A stretch of DNA of 64,000 bases from a virus. The stretch lies in the UHGV virus genome UHGV-0180032; one strand, given 5' to 3'. The notes under the pieces are model-generated. The model ran no database searches and was not told the origin of the DNA. It saw nothing but the letters and a program-made list of their open reading frames with translations. Of this stretch, positions 1-11,034 are shown one piece after another (within the stretch, counting starts at the first letter, position 1; the number at the start of each line of letters is the position of its first letter). Made by a program: the position numbers and the translations under genes.

Positions 1-277
1 AGGACGAAGAACAGCTACCCACGCACGACGCTGAACAGTTTCCTGAACAGCTCGAGCAACCGTGAGTACATCCGTTAGAACATGTCCACGAACACGCTCC
101 CCCGCAGTCTAAACGCGAAGGCGTCCAACCGGAAAACGAATCTGCTGCGTTATGCGCTTTCGATGCGACCTGCGCATTGACACGAGGGCCGGTAGCGACT
201 GTATTTTCTACCGTTGTTAACCGATCGCGCATTTGTTTAACACTAATCGCCATTACGCTTCCTTAAAATTAAAATAG

Positions 278-310
278 AGGAGGAACCAGCCATAAGCATA
301 GTTCCTCCTG
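278..310 (-). terminator. hairpin terminator after the 401-aa fibre gene
   Basis: Stem GGAGGAAC/GTTCCTCC (279-286/301-308) followed on the minus strand by a T-rich tract. Confidence 0.5.
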
Positions 311-318
311 TAATTAAA

Positions 319-1524
319 TTATTTCGTACCCGCTTCCGCCTGTACGTCATCACGAGACGTCAGGTTAGCGTTAACGTGTACAGCGGCCTGAACCACACCA
401 CCGTATCTCTTGTGGAGATAACCGCTGTGCGGGTTATCTGCCGCGATGTGGTTTTGTAGGTTCTGGTTCGCTTGACTGATTGCGTTCGTGTTATTGTTAA
501 CCTGCTGTTTAAGCGCATCCAGGTTCTGTTGTACCTGATCGATTTTCTGATCGGTTTCTTGACCCTGTTGCTCTAACGCGGCAACACGCTGAATAACCTG
601 ATTCAGTTTTGTGTTTAAATCGTTGATGCTCTTTTGCAGTTGTAACACTAACGAGTTCAGGTTCGCTAACGCTAAAGCCATTTTCTGGTAGTTTTGAGCA
701 ACCACGTTAAGTTGGTCGTTCCACGCTTCCAGAGAGTTGACAACAGCGTCAATACGTTTACCTAAAGCTTCGTCTGCTTTCTTCAGTGCATTGATTTCCG
801 TAATCGTTGCATCGATAGCAGACTGGACGTCACGAATAAGCGCACGGATTTCCGTTTCTGTTAACCCGTTAACCTGATGGATATCAAGATGGTGAACGTT
901 ACCGGTTGCGTTGATGTGCGCATTTAAAGCGTCTAAGAAGTCATTTTTCAGGCTTTCTAAAATCGCTTTAATGTTCTCTAACTGTACCGCGTCACCGGAA
1001 CTGATCGCGTCTTTAATCCCCGCCAATACGGTGATGATATATTCAAAACCGTAGATGTCACCCACGTCTTTATACGTCGGTGCAGACGGGAATGTATCCG
1101 GTACGTTACGCAAGTCTTTAAACGCAATCGTACGGTTATCGAGGTTTAACTCAGCAATCGCCTGTTCGATAGCCACAATGTTCGCAGACTGTGGACCACC
1201 AACGACCTGCGCAGATACCGTAATATCTGTTGGAATCGCTGTGTTAGTGACCACCACCGCCATAACAATCTCGCGGTTTTTAGTCAGCTTTTCATAAGTC
1301 GGGTGTGCAAAAATCAACTCATAATCGGTACCACGTTCGTAGGTTGCATCCGGTCGGTTAGCAACGCGTAAACGGAACGTGTCCGCAAAGAACGGACCAT
1401 CAGGAAAAGCAAAAGCACGGTTTACTTTACCTGTACCTAACGTAATCTGACGCTCCACAGCGTTAGACGTTAGCGTGCCCGTTAAATCTAAAGGATATTG
1501 ATAAACAATGGAGGCCATGGCCAC
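319..1524 (-). CDS. putative tail fibre protein (shared N-terminal anchor domain plus long coiled-coil)
   Basis: 401-aa ORF; AGGAGA RBS just upstream of the ATG at 1524; N-terminal PFF...G-DYEL motif shared with the three upstream giant ORFs; long Q/N/L-rich heptad region; function inferred from architecture only. Confidence 0.5.
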   Translation of the reverse strand: MAMASIVYQYPLDLTGTLTSNAVERQITLGTGKVNRAFAFPDGPFFADTFRLRVANRPDATYERGTDYELIFAHPTYEKLTKNREIVMAVVVTNTAIPTDITVSAQVVGGPQSANIVAIEQAIAELNLDNRTIAFKDLRNVPDTFPSAPTYKDVGDIYGFEYIITVLAGIKDAISSGDAVQLENIKAILESLKNDFLDALNAHINATGNVHHLDIHQVNGLTETEIRALIRDVQSAIDATITEINALKKADEALGKRIDAVVNSLEAWNDQLNVVAQNYQKMALALANLNSLVLQLQKSINDLNTKLNQVIQRVAALEQQGQETDQKIDQVQQNLDALKQQVNNNTNAISQANQNLQNHIAADNPHSGYLHKRYGGVVQAAVHVNANLTSRDDVQAEAGTK

Positions 1525-1558
1525 TCTCCTTTATTCGAGACGTCCTTGTCCCGAGTCA

Positions 1559-4500
1559 TTAAGATGTAAACATAAGATTGAACTGGAGTTTGTCGATATC
1601 GCGAGTTTCTGCCGGATTCACGGCATCGTACGCGGTCGCTACGTAAACGGTTAGCGTACCGTTCGCGTAAGACGATTTCACCGGTGGGTTAGTTCCGGAC
1701 TGACCATCTCGCACAATGAGTGTAGGTTCACTTGGGAGATTGTCAAACTGACCCTTAACCGCTTTATATACCAAACCCGATTGCGCAGCCAGTTCAGTGT
1801 CCGTAAAGACAAAGAACGGTGTGTCGATATCAGCCTGTTTGATTGTAGTACCAGACTCGACGTCAATCAACTGTACCGCCCCAAACTTCGTACGATAACT
1901 TCCATACTCGTTCTTCGGAATAACGAACGTGACATGAACACGAACCTCCTCGGCGGGTTTAAACCCACTGTGCTCTTTTTCCAGGTACTGGTTGGCGGTT
2001 AACGTTACCGTTTGTTCAGTCATCGTACCACCGGCCTGGTTTATTGCATACCGAGCTTCAACAATACCGGTTGGTGCAGCAAGTCGCAGTTTCAGAGCAC
2101 GATTCGCCGTTCCTGGATTACCTGGCACCTGAACGCGCAAACTCAATGTTAGGTAAGCATTCGTTCCGGTAGTCGGTTTCGTATACGCACCAATCCATTT
2201 CATGTTCGCAGACGCTGCCTGCGTGTTCTCAGAAGCAGTGGCTGTCGCAATGTTAGCAGCTACCGCTTTCTGCCAGAATTGGTCAGCGCAGTTCTCATAC
2301 GCTACCCTGGCCACGCTCTTATAACCCGAATACGTTTCCTGAATTGGTAACTTAGGACGCGTCGTAATGCCAGACAGTGAACCCCATTTCTGACCGTCAA
2401 CATACCCTTCACCTTTTGACGCAGACGCCGTAGGTGCTTTAACAGGCTTGTTAACCAGCGTTAATAGAGGACCCGTCTTTCTGTCAAACGCTGCTGCAAC
2501 ATCATGTTGGTCGATAATCGCTGCGTGGTCTTCCAGTTCTTTCACACGGCCCAAGCGTTTTACTTTGTCGATACGGATATCCGTAATACGGTTGGAATCA
2601 GTGGTTACTGTCCCGACGAACAGTCTCGTTGAAGTATCAGCTAACTGCTCCAAACCGATACGGTATTGCGCAGTAGAACCCGACACCTCAGCGTGCACGT
2701 AGAACGTCTGGTTAGCGTGGTTAGACGGGAATTCGCTGCTTAAGTCCACAGACCACGTTGGGAGCGTGTAACTGCTGCTACCGAAGTCTAATTTGACTTC
2801 TTCCGTCAAATATAGAATCCAGCCTTCTGCTGTCTCCACACCGGCAATAATAACAGCCTGACCTTCGGTTGAGAACGTCGTGTCGTTAACAAACTCTGCG
2901 GCTGTATACGCGTTACCTGAACAGAAAACACGGTCAGCTTTAGAGTAAATCAACGCCATCTTGTCCCAATCACCGGCACCCATAAAGCAGCCTGATTCTG
3001 GTCTATGTGCAGGGGCCATCTGTCGTAACTGTGATTTACCTGCAACGCGTGTCCAACCTGAACCAGGGTCGAAGGTATATTTCGCAGCGTAGCCCAGGGC
3101 GTTTAAGTCCCCGATATTTCGGGTAGTTAACGTATAAGGTAGCCAGATACCGAAGTTAGTTCCATCCACAGATGCAAAAATAGGCTGTCCCACGCGCCGC
3201 GTTTTACCACCCCCTTCTTCCCTCAAAGACTGATAACTTAAACCATAATCGAGGTCTAAGAACCAGTCCACCAACTTAAAGGTAGCGGAGTTGAAACGTA
3301 AGTAGCCGTTCTCTTTAGATGGGCTCACCATGAAGTAATAGATGTCCAGAATTCGACGTCCGTTACTTGAGGTTTTCATGCACGAAACTTGCAACAAGTC
3401 AAATTCGCACACGGTGTTGATACCCAACATCCAAAGAGCAAACAATGCATTACCGGTTTGATGGGCAGCACTAATACGTTCGTTCGCGTATCCGTTCGCT
3501 TCACCGGAAGGCGCACCGTCGACGATCATCCGAATCATTTTCTGCCGATCGGCTTCTTCTAACGTTAAACGTTCGGAGGACAACGCGAAATTACCGTAGA
3601 TGTTGCGATACGGGAACGTTTCTGCTTTGGTCAAATACCAACCGTTTAACTGTCCATGACGCTCCTCAGGGATCATACACGCAGCCATACAGCTAAGCTG
3701 CTCGTAAAGCGTCGCATCAACTTCACGACGGTTGTTGTTCGGACCGTACCCACTATACCCAGAAACATCGTAAGGTTTGTTCGGATCAACTTCCACTTCG
3801 ATCGTGTAACGGTTACGAGGGTTCGATAACCAGACCTTATTCGAACCACCAATCCCTACTGGATAAGACAAACCGATGGTGTAAATGGAGCCACGGCCTT
3901 TATCCCAGGTAAACGTTCCTTCGCCCGAGGTGTTGTTTGGGTTATCGTAACGCAGATAATCGAAAAGCTCTCTGCCTTGTGTACTCTTAATAGAAACATT
4001 AGGCATTTGGTCCGCATCGGCAATTTGCCAACAGGAAAGCATCATTCCTGTACCGTTGGGTTTAGCATACGTCGCGAAACAACGGTTGTTTGCCTGGCCA
4101 CCACCCCACTTACGATTGGTTCCTACAGTTGAACCATCTGCGAACGAGAGTGTAGTAGTAGCATCAGCCTTGATGGGGAAGCGTTCGCGGCCTTCTAACG
4201 TAACCTTGCCCGTCAACGTATCGATTGTAAAACTTGTTGCCCATTGAAGGAAATTAATCGTCGTACCGTCGGCCGCTGCAAACCACACGGTAGGCATATG
4301 GTTCACACGAATCACGCTATCGCGCACAGCACACGCGTGGTTACATTCTGGACCGTGAACAAAGTTACGCCCGATCGTCCATTTAGCACGACCCTCCGGT
4401 GTGAGATATGTAAAGAATTGACCCGTTTGCGACTCTTCGGTTTTCTGACCAATACGCAAGCAGAGGTTATCTCCGAATTGTCCCATCTCGCCGGTTAGAG

Positions 4501-6745
4501 TTACACGTTCAAATTCTAACGTAGTGTTAGTAGACAAATCGGCCTTACGTAGACGCCAAGCTGCTACGGCGTAAGCGGAGTTATTTACCGTTGAACGGAG
4601 AAGATAAACGTAGTCCTCAACCAACACGACATCGTCAGCTTCCGGCCACGGGTTCCAGGTTTGTTCCACAGTACCACTGGGGTTGCCGTTACGGTACACG
4701 GGCATCGTAACGCGACATACCACCGTGTGCTTAGTGTGGTCCATCGAGCCATTAAACAGCACCAAATAACGGTTATTGTCAGAACCCAGGCAAATAATCG
4801 CTTCCTGGCCACCGATCAAAATAGCTTTTAGGGTCACTCCAGGATATTTACTCATCCCGGCAGGGTGATATTTCACTGAGGTCTGCTGCGGATTTACAAA
4901 CGCGTTTGACGTGTCAATGTCAGCATAGCCGTAATAAATAGCTTCCGTACCCGGCACGCCGTTAGAACCGTTACGGAGCGAATAAACCTTACCCTGCTGA
5001 TACCCAACAACCCCTTTCTGGTAAGACTGGTTTTTGGTGTAGCCTGCGTAGTTGCCTAACGCTGGGATAGGTAAGAAGTTTTTATTACCGAATTTCGCAC
5101 CGCCTACTGTCCATGCCGGTAAGATGGTATTCAGTTTATCAGAGACCTTCTTAATCTCTTTTGCGAACAACCACCCTTGACGTGACGTGACAGCTTTATC
5201 GTTAGTGGTGTCAATTGCATCCCACAGCTGTAAGATACCATCAACCGTTGCACTACCAATCGGGACGTTATCCAAGTCAGCAGTGGTGTGGGTGTGCGTC
5301 TTCAAACTCTTGTTTTTCAACACGTTCGTTAACGCTTTTGTCACAGGCTTAGCACTCGGTATGGTGTTATCCATCTTATCGATACCGAAATCGGTTTTCG
5401 TTAAGGTTAACACCATGTTGTCGCCCGTCTTAACAAACCCTTTACCGTTAACGGTATAGTCATCGTCAACGTACAAGTCCAACCGGTCTTTTAATTCAGT
5501 TACGGCTTTCTGGGAGATAGCAGTACCTAACGCCGCAGACGTAGAGATATTCGTAATCGAGAACAACCCATAAACTGATTCGGACGCTGTGGGAATATTC
5601 GCGTTTAACGTGACCGGGTTAGTCTGTTTTGCGGTACCGTACGGTTTTACTGTGTCTGACGCTTTGAAATACGCGTTTGCTTCAAGCAACGTTACTGACG
5701 TCAGATACATGTTCACCATTTCTGGTGTAACCAGGTACACAGAGTTATAAACCGGTGCTAATACGTCCTGCTCTGACCCTGAGTGAACCCAAAGTGTATT
5801 CAGACCCGCACTGAATTCAACCGCTAAACCCGATTCGTTGTTGTCCTGGTCTGCTTTAATCACTAACGGTTGTGGCGAGGTAATTAACCACTTATCACCA
5901 CGAATACTGATGATGTGACCACCTGACGTTTTAAACGTTAATTCATTACCGTTCGTGGTGCCCCATCGACCGTAAACGGTGCCGAGGGCTTCACCCATTA
6001 ACTTGTCAACGTCGGATTGCTCAATACCCGCTGACCCCATCAGCGTAGCCAATTCGTCAATCGTTAACCCAAACGCTTTTGTGGCGTCAACCGCACGTCC
6101 TAATACGGGGAGAGCAGCAACGTCATCAGTGGTATAGTGATGCGCGTTAGGATTACGGTGATGCTGGTATAATTCTTCGTCGAAAACCTTTTTCCCGTTC
6201 TCGTAAATCAGGTTAGTGACTTCACTGAACGCAGCATCTAATTCCGTAGAACGTTTGATGATTTTCTTGCGAATGTCTTCTAAAGCCTTAACGACCTCGT
6301 CCCTCAGAATCGCTTCTTCTAAGTTAGCAGGCGGGTCGATAGGCTGAATAACCGGCGCATACGCCATTAGTTCAGACCAGTCCACGTTACGTGGGTCTTT
6401 CAGGTCAGTACGAACTAAGAACTTCCCGATTTCAGATTGCGGTACACGGTATTGACGTGCTACCCCTAAAATCTCGTATTCGATTTCTGTTGCGGTAAGC
6501 AACATAAACCCGCCGTAAATCTGATCCTGCTCAGCTTCGGCGAGTTCTTTAAAGTAATAGCCTAAATAGTAGTCCAACCCCTCAATCAGAGTACGACGTC
6601 CGTTAGGCGCGGTATCGTCGGCTACTGTGAGTTTTAATCCGATACGATAAAAAGGTCCTTCGGGTGGAATGACCACGTTAAATCGGTTAGGGTACGTCGC
6701 TGTGCTTAGCGTACCGTTAAACTGCGCCGCGTCTTCTCTCGGCAT
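1559..6745 (-). CDS. giant virion fibre/tailspike-like protein (1728 aa)
   Basis: Uninterrupted 5.2-kb ORF; AGGAGT RBS before the ATG at 6745; N-terminal motif (EGPFY...GLDYYL) paralogous to neighbours; size and Gly/Thr/Asn-rich composition typical of receptor-binding fibres. Confidence 0.55.
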   Translation of the reverse strand: MPREDAAQFNGTLSTATYPNRFNVVIPPEGPFYRIGLKLTVADDTAPNGRRTLIEGLDYYLGYYFKELAEAEQDQIYGGFMLLTATEIEYEILGVARQYRVPQSEIGKFLVRTDLKDPRNVDWSELMAYAPVIQPIDPPANLEEAILRDEVVKALEDIRKKIIKRSTELDAAFSEVTNLIYENGKKVFDEELYQHHRNPNAHHYTTDDVAALPVLGRAVDATKAFGLTIDELATLMGSAGIEQSDVDKLMGEALGTVYGRWGTTNGNELTFKTSGGHIISIRGDKWLITSPQPLVIKADQDNNESGLAVEFSAGLNTLWVHSGSEQDVLAPVYNSVYLVTPEMVNMYLTSVTLLEANAYFKASDTVKPYGTAKQTNPVTLNANIPTASESVYGLFSITNISTSAALGTAISQKAVTELKDRLDLYVDDDYTVNGKGFVKTGDNMVLTLTKTDFGIDKMDNTIPSAKPVTKALTNVLKNKSLKTHTHTTADLDNVPIGSATVDGILQLWDAIDTTNDKAVTSRQGWLFAKEIKKVSDKLNTILPAWTVGGAKFGNKNFLPIPALGNYAGYTKNQSYQKGVVGYQQGKVYSLRNGSNGVPGTEAIYYGYADIDTSNAFVNPQQTSVKYHPAGMSKYPGVTLKAILIGGQEAIICLGSDNNRYLVLFNGSMDHTKHTVVCRVTMPVYRNGNPSGTVEQTWNPWPEADDVVLVEDYVYLLRSTVNNSAYAVAAWRLRKADLSTNTTLEFERVTLTGEMGQFGDNLCLRIGQKTEESQTGQFFTYLTPEGRAKWTIGRNFVHGPECNHACAVRDSVIRVNHMPTVWFAAADGTTINFLQWATSFTIDTLTGKVTLEGRERFPIKADATTTLSFADGSTVGTNRKWGGGQANNRCFATYAKPNGTGMMLSCWQIADADQMPNVSIKSTQGRELFDYLRYDNPNNTSGEGTFTWDKGRGSIYTIGLSYPVGIGGSNKVWLSNPRNRYTIEVEVDPNKPYDVSGYSGYGPNNNRREVDATLYEQLSCMAACMIPEERHGQLNGWYLTKAETFPYRNIYGNFALSSERLTLEEADRQKMIRMIVDGAPSGEANGYANERISAAHQTGNALFALWMLGINTVCEFDLLQVSCMKTSSNGRRILDIYYFMVSPSKENGYLRFNSATFKLVDWFLDLDYGLSYQSLREEGGGKTRRVGQPIFASVDGTNFGIWLPYTLTTRNIGDLNALGYAAKYTFDPGSGWTRVAGKSQLRQMAPAHRPESGCFMGAGDWDKMALIYSKADRVFCSGNAYTAAEFVNDTTFSTEGQAVIIAGVETAEGWILYLTEEVKLDFGSSSYTLPTWSVDLSSEFPSNHANQTFYVHAEVSGSTAQYRIGLEQLADTSTRLFVGTVTTDSNRITDIRIDKVKRLGRVKELEDHAAIIDQHDVAAAFDRKTGPLLTLVNKPVKAPTASASKGEGYVDGQKWGSLSGITTRPKLPIQETYSGYKSVARVAYENCADQFWQKAVAANIATATASENTQAASANMKWIGAYTKPTTGTNAYLTLSLRVQVPGNPGTANRALKLRLAAPTGIVEARYAINQAGGTMTEQTVTLTANQYLEKEHSGFKPAEEVRVHVTFVIPKNEYGSYRTKFGAVQLIDVESGTTIKQADIDTPFFVFTDTELAAQSGLVYKAVKGQFDNLPSEPTLIVRDGQSGTNPPVKSSYANGTLTVYVATAYDAVNPAETRDIDKLQFNLMFTS

Positions 6746-6759
6746 CGTAAAGACTCCTA

Positions 6760-6801
6760 CTTTTAAATAAAATGGATACCCCTCCCCATTACAGGGAGGG
6801 G
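6760..6801 (-). terminator. hairpin (partial terminator) between two fibre genes
   Basis: Stem CCCTCCCC/GGGAGGGG at 6780-6801 followed on the minus strand by CCATTTTATTT; lies between the stop at 6840 and the start at 6745. Confidence 0.4.
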
Positions 6802-6839
6802 TTACCTACGGACACACAACTGCCCGCAGGCAGCCTGTC

Positions 6840-9800
6840 CTAAGTACGATCCCCTAACTGCTTCCCGTTAAGTTCTCGTTTCAGTACAGAAAGTATCCAT
6901 TTCCACGCTTTACTCGTGATGTGGTACGGATTGCGTTTCTCCATTAAGAACTGCTTTTCACCGCTACGCAGTTCGAAGCTCTGCGCATTAAGCTGATCCT
7001 GACGAGTGCTTTGCTCATCGGTCACATCTAACGAACAGGTAAAGTTAAGCTCGTAACCTTCAGGATTATTACCCGGCGGGTCTAAGACAATATAGATGTC
7101 CTGACCTACACGTAAGTCGGTGGCCGTGATACTAATCGCTTTACCTACGTCAGCGCTGGTCGACAGAGCAAACTCCGCACTGTCCGTAGACGCTAAGAAT
7201 GGGTCTTTCCCTGCGTCACCGATAATCACCTTACCTGGCCAGTTACTTTTTATCGTTCCCGTCACTTTTGCAATTCGGTACTGTTGTTTATCGGCACCTT
7301 GTGCAAAACGGAGAATGAGTTTGTGACGATAACGACTTGCAGCAGCCTTAGTCGTACTCCACTCGTTGTTCCAGGAAGTGTGCAGTTCGTTGTTCTTCGC
7401 CATCAACGCACCGCGAGACAGCTTACGATCAAAGAACTGCGCAGGTAACTGCCCATCATGAGAAACCGCAACGCTTCCCTGACCAGTTGGCAAGGCAATG
7501 CTCTCCGTAACGCGATATTTCTGACTAATCTCATAAGTCGCAGGGTCAATCACAGACTGACTATAATCAGCGTCTTTGTTATCAGCCAAATACCCAACGG
7601 ATGAATCCAGATACGACTCAAACAGCGAACGTAAGTAATGATACTTATCAATGTTGATGTTGTTCGTAACCGGATCAATCAGCGCATGGCTAATCGTTAC
7701 TCGGCATTTCGCACTCAGTTCTTTAAACGACAACCCTATTCCGTCACCGGTGAAATAATCCACTAAGTCGAACGGGAATTGAATTTCCAACTGACGTTGT
7801 TTAACTGTCGTCGTCCCAAACTGCGAGAACGACAACGCTAAACGCAGCACACGCGTACTTACGTTATAACGGTAACGAATCATCCCACGAGGTGCATGGT
7901 TTGCAGAGATTTTATCTCGAGCGGCACCCCAGCCAATCAAATCGAGAATCGCGGGGTTGGTTTCTTCACCGTTGAACAACACGTCCTTAAACGTTGCATT
8001 CACCGCTGTTTCCCCAGACTCTTCCATTACCAACGGAATGTCAGTAACGTCTGAAACTGAACGGGAACCAATCCCCAACTTGCACGCTTTGGCCGTCAGA
8101 TCGATACGTACGTAACGGCGTTTAACACTCGCCCCTTGCGTTGACGTACACAGCACCAAATCCGGTGCAGCAGTAAGTGCTTGTGTTCCACCGACGTCGT
8201 CAACGTCAAACACAAACGAACCTTCGAATGTCGGTGCGTTGTTTTCTTTCGGGTTAAACGGTGTAAACCAGCAATACGGTGTAGCGCCTTCAGGTATCAC
8301 AACGTACTGAAGACTGGACTTCACGTTTTGGTTGTGTGCGTAAGTATAAAGACCACGACTGACAAGATGGAAAACATCACCTGTACCGGCTGCTAACGCT
8401 TTCCTAAAGATACACGCTCTCGGTTCGGCAATGGCACGGTTTAATAACGGCAACCGTGGGTTATCCGTTAACGCCCAGTCCACAGAACTGAGTCCGTGTG
8501 CTTTACGCGTGGCGATGTGTCCACTAACCTCGGCACTTTTCCCGAAATCAAACGTGGTTTCGAACCCTACCGTTTTATTCGCGTAATTCTCACCAGCAAC
8601 AATATCAACGTAACCGATATAACCGCGTTCAGGATCAACCGCGACGCTCTGAATCGGTTCAGCACGCGAATACAGAGAGCCTGTGAGCATGTTAACGTAC
8701 AGATAGTGACGAATCCCTACGTGCGTGGTAACAAACTCCTGGAGAAGCTCTACGCGCGTTTCAGGGCCACTGAAGTAAACGGGGTAATCCCCATCGTAAA
8801 CTTCAAACTGTACCGCTGCGGACTTAGCCGTATCGCTACATTCGGCTTTAACCGCTATTGTGTAGTTTTCAACGTCTGATGACGTTTCGTACACTGCAAC
8901 GAGCGGAGACTCGCCTGACGCTGCCAGGTTACCGTTAATGTAAACCGTAACCGGACCGCCGCCCGCAGCATAAACCCAGAGCTTTGATTGGTACGCCCTT
9001 ACACGCGTTTTTGCCAGTACCGTAACCACTGACTGGTCACCCATCTGAGTAGCGGTTTTACCTACCGCAACAGACTGGAATCCCATCAACGGCGGTTCTT
9101 CAATACCTGTCCAGTTGATTCCCGTACCGTTACTCACCTTACCCGTAGGCCAAGTCAGTTCAAGCTGGTTGTTAGGTGAGAACCAGTTAAACATCGGGGT
9201 GGTTTGCAGGTCAATCGCACCAGTAACGGTACTGTCGCCTTTCGTCCCGTCCAGCAAATAGAAATATTTCAAATCCTGAACAGAGATTGACGTACCCTGG
9301 CTATTAAAACGCCAGTCCGCACCTTTCACAGCAGCAAAATCGGTTACCGTACCTTCTTTCGCGTTTGCAATTGCCGCAGCGACCACATCTAAACGTGCTG
9401 AAAGCTCTTTTAGGATGTTCGGTACCACCGCTCGGTTTTCAACTAAGCCGTTCTGGTTAGTTGCGTAACGACCAATACCGTAAATCGTCTGCGAGGCTTT
9501 ATAAATGCCTAACTCTGACCAGTCGTGATGGTGACCGACATCTGCTAAACCACTAACCGAAGCATTCAGTGCGGTAGACAACGGTTTGTCAAGGTCTGCG
9601 GTGTTATCCGCTTGCCCTAATCCCAGGTCAGCTTTCGTGATTGTCCTGGAACCGTCGTTCATCGGCTTACCGTTAATCATGGTCGTTTTAGTCACGTACC
9701 CTGATAAGTCGGTTGAATACGGCGTTAATGACGCAGGAGTTGCTGCAACCCCAACCGTTTCTGTGCCTTTACCGGTTTTAAGCTTAACAACACCTTTTTC

Positions 9801-11024
9801 AGCGGTGGTCGCTTTCGTCGGGTCGATAGTCCCCACGATGGGATCGGCACGAGAACCTTTACCGGTAAAACTAATCCCGTTACGGCCTTCGATATACACT
9901 TTGGAGTCATCAGGATCGCTACCGCCACTCCCGCCAGCATCAGGGTCTTGCTGATACTCCATCAGCGCTGTGGTGGTCAACAACGGGTTACCGTTCAGGG
10001 TGAGTTTGTTCATCCCTAAAGCGTCACCGGTTGACTCGATGCGTAAGGTGTTTTTACCCGCACGCCAGTTAATGTAACGCCCCGCACCTGTGCCTTCCAG
10101 ATGCCCTACCGCTAATACCACAGAACCGTTGGATTTTAACGTAAAGCCATCATTCGCAAAAATGATTTCGGATTCACCGTTTTTCGAACGGAATTGTGCG
10201 CGGTTTCCAGACACCGTACAGTTAAACACGCCCCGTACTTCCGAAGAAATCCAGTGGGAGATATACGTGTCAATAACTGACTGTGGTAAACGAAACGCTT
10301 TCAGTTCATCCGTTAACGCTTTCAATTTTAACCCGTACGCCATAAAGGTGTCAGGTGTTTTCAGGTTAACGGGATGGGCATTAATTTGTGCGCTCGTGGT
10401 TTCGTGCGGGTTCGTCGCGGCGATATGTGCTGGGTAGTTAAACGCTTCAATTTCTTTCCCCAACGCAGTCACTAGCACTTTAACTTCGGCTATTTTATCC
10501 TTAATTAGCTGGTTAGCGTCATCGGTTTTCAACTCAATATCGTGAATCGCTGACGCTAAGTATTTTTTGTTCAGCAAATCCGCCCAGGACGTTGCCGCAG
10601 GCGTAGCTGGGTATAACGACGGTCTACCGTCTAACAACAGCCAGTCTGCACTGACTGGGTTATTCAGATATTTCACCAACTCGTCGAGCATGTCAACGAA
10701 CGGGTCGTAGAACGTACCGCCGAGCATTTGTCCTTCAAAGGTTACGATCCCTTTGATGGATGGGTTGATAAGGTGTACCCCACAATACACGTTGGCTGCT
10801 ACCGAGTCATCCAGTTCCGTCAGCTGATATTGCAGTTCGTAGTCCACCCCACGGCTCAGTGGGGTGGTTGAACCTGGTTGTCTGACGACTAAGTCTTCAA
10901 AGAACGGGCGATGGTCTAAAATCACCACCCGGTCATTGTTGTTTTCTGACCCGATGATACGCTCCTCTAAGAAGTGATTCTCGGTTTTCGTCCCCCGAGG
11001 ATCGTAAGGATACGCTTTCATCAA
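6840..11024 (-). CDS. giant virion fibre/tailspike-like protein (1394 aa)
   Basis: Uninterrupted 4.2-kb ORF; starts 10 nt downstream of the preceding gene; N-terminal motif (HRPFFEDL...GVDYEL) shared with neighbours. Confidence 0.55.
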   Translation of the reverse strand: MMKAYPYDPRGTKTENHFLEERIIGSENNNDRVVILDHRPFFEDLVVRQPGSTTPLSRGVDYELQYQLTELDDSVAANVYCGVHLINPSIKGIVTFEGQMLGGTFYDPFVDMLDELVKYLNNPVSADWLLLDGRPSLYPATPAATSWADLLNKKYLASAIHDIELKTDDANQLIKDKIAEVKVLVTALGKEIEAFNYPAHIAATNPHETTSAQINAHPVNLKTPDTFMAYGLKLKALTDELKAFRLPQSVIDTYISHWISSEVRGVFNCTVSGNRAQFRSKNGESEIIFANDGFTLKSNGSVVLAVGHLEGTGAGRYINWRAGKNTLRIESTGDALGMNKLTLNGNPLLTTTALMEYQQDPDAGGSGGSDPDDSKVYIEGRNGISFTGKGSRADPIVGTIDPTKATTAEKGVVKLKTGKGTETVGVAATPASLTPYSTDLSGYVTKTTMINGKPMNDGSRTITKADLGLGQADNTADLDKPLSTALNASVSGLADVGHHHDWSELGIYKASQTIYGIGRYATNQNGLVENRAVVPNILKELSARLDVVAAAIANAKEGTVTDFAAVKGADWRFNSQGTSISVQDLKYFYLLDGTKGDSTVTGAIDLQTTPMFNWFSPNNQLELTWPTGKVSNGTGINWTGIEEPPLMGFQSVAVGKTATQMGDQSVVTVLAKTRVRAYQSKLWVYAAGGGPVTVYINGNLAASGESPLVAVYETSSDVENYTIAVKAECSDTAKSAAVQFEVYDGDYPVYFSGPETRVELLQEFVTTHVGIRHYLYVNMLTGSLYSRAEPIQSVAVDPERGYIGYVDIVAGENYANKTVGFETTFDFGKSAEVSGHIATRKAHGLSSVDWALTDNPRLPLLNRAIAEPRACIFRKALAAGTGDVFHLVSRGLYTYAHNQNVKSSLQYVVIPEGATPYCWFTPFNPKENNAPTFEGSFVFDVDDVGGTQALTAAPDLVLCTSTQGASVKRRYVRIDLTAKACKLGIGSRSVSDVTDIPLVMEESGETAVNATFKDVLFNGEETNPAILDLIGWGAARDKISANHAPRGMIRYRYNVSTRVLRLALSFSQFGTTTVKQRQLEIQFPFDLVDYFTGDGIGLSFKELSAKCRVTISHALIDPVTNNINIDKYHYLRSLFESYLDSSVGYLADNKDADYSQSVIDPATYEISQKYRVTESIALPTGQGSVAVSHDGQLPAQFFDRKLSRGALMAKNNELHTSWNNEWSTTKAAASRYRHKLILRFAQGADKQQYRIAKVTGTIKSNWPGKVIIGDAGKDPFLASTDSAEFALSTSADVGKAISITATDLRVGQDIYIVLDPPGNNPEGYELNFTCSLDVTDEQSTRQDQLNAQSFELRSGEKQFLMEKRNPYHITSKAWKWILSVLKRELNGKQLGDRT

Positions 11025-11034
11025 AAAATTCTCC

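Noticed and set aside
1-318. Possible gene at the left edge
   Set aside because: The one minus-strand frame I traced by hand from 253 leftwards hits a stop at 149-151, giving only about 34 codons; no ORF with an RBS was found, so this is treated as non-coding or the tail of an off-window gene.
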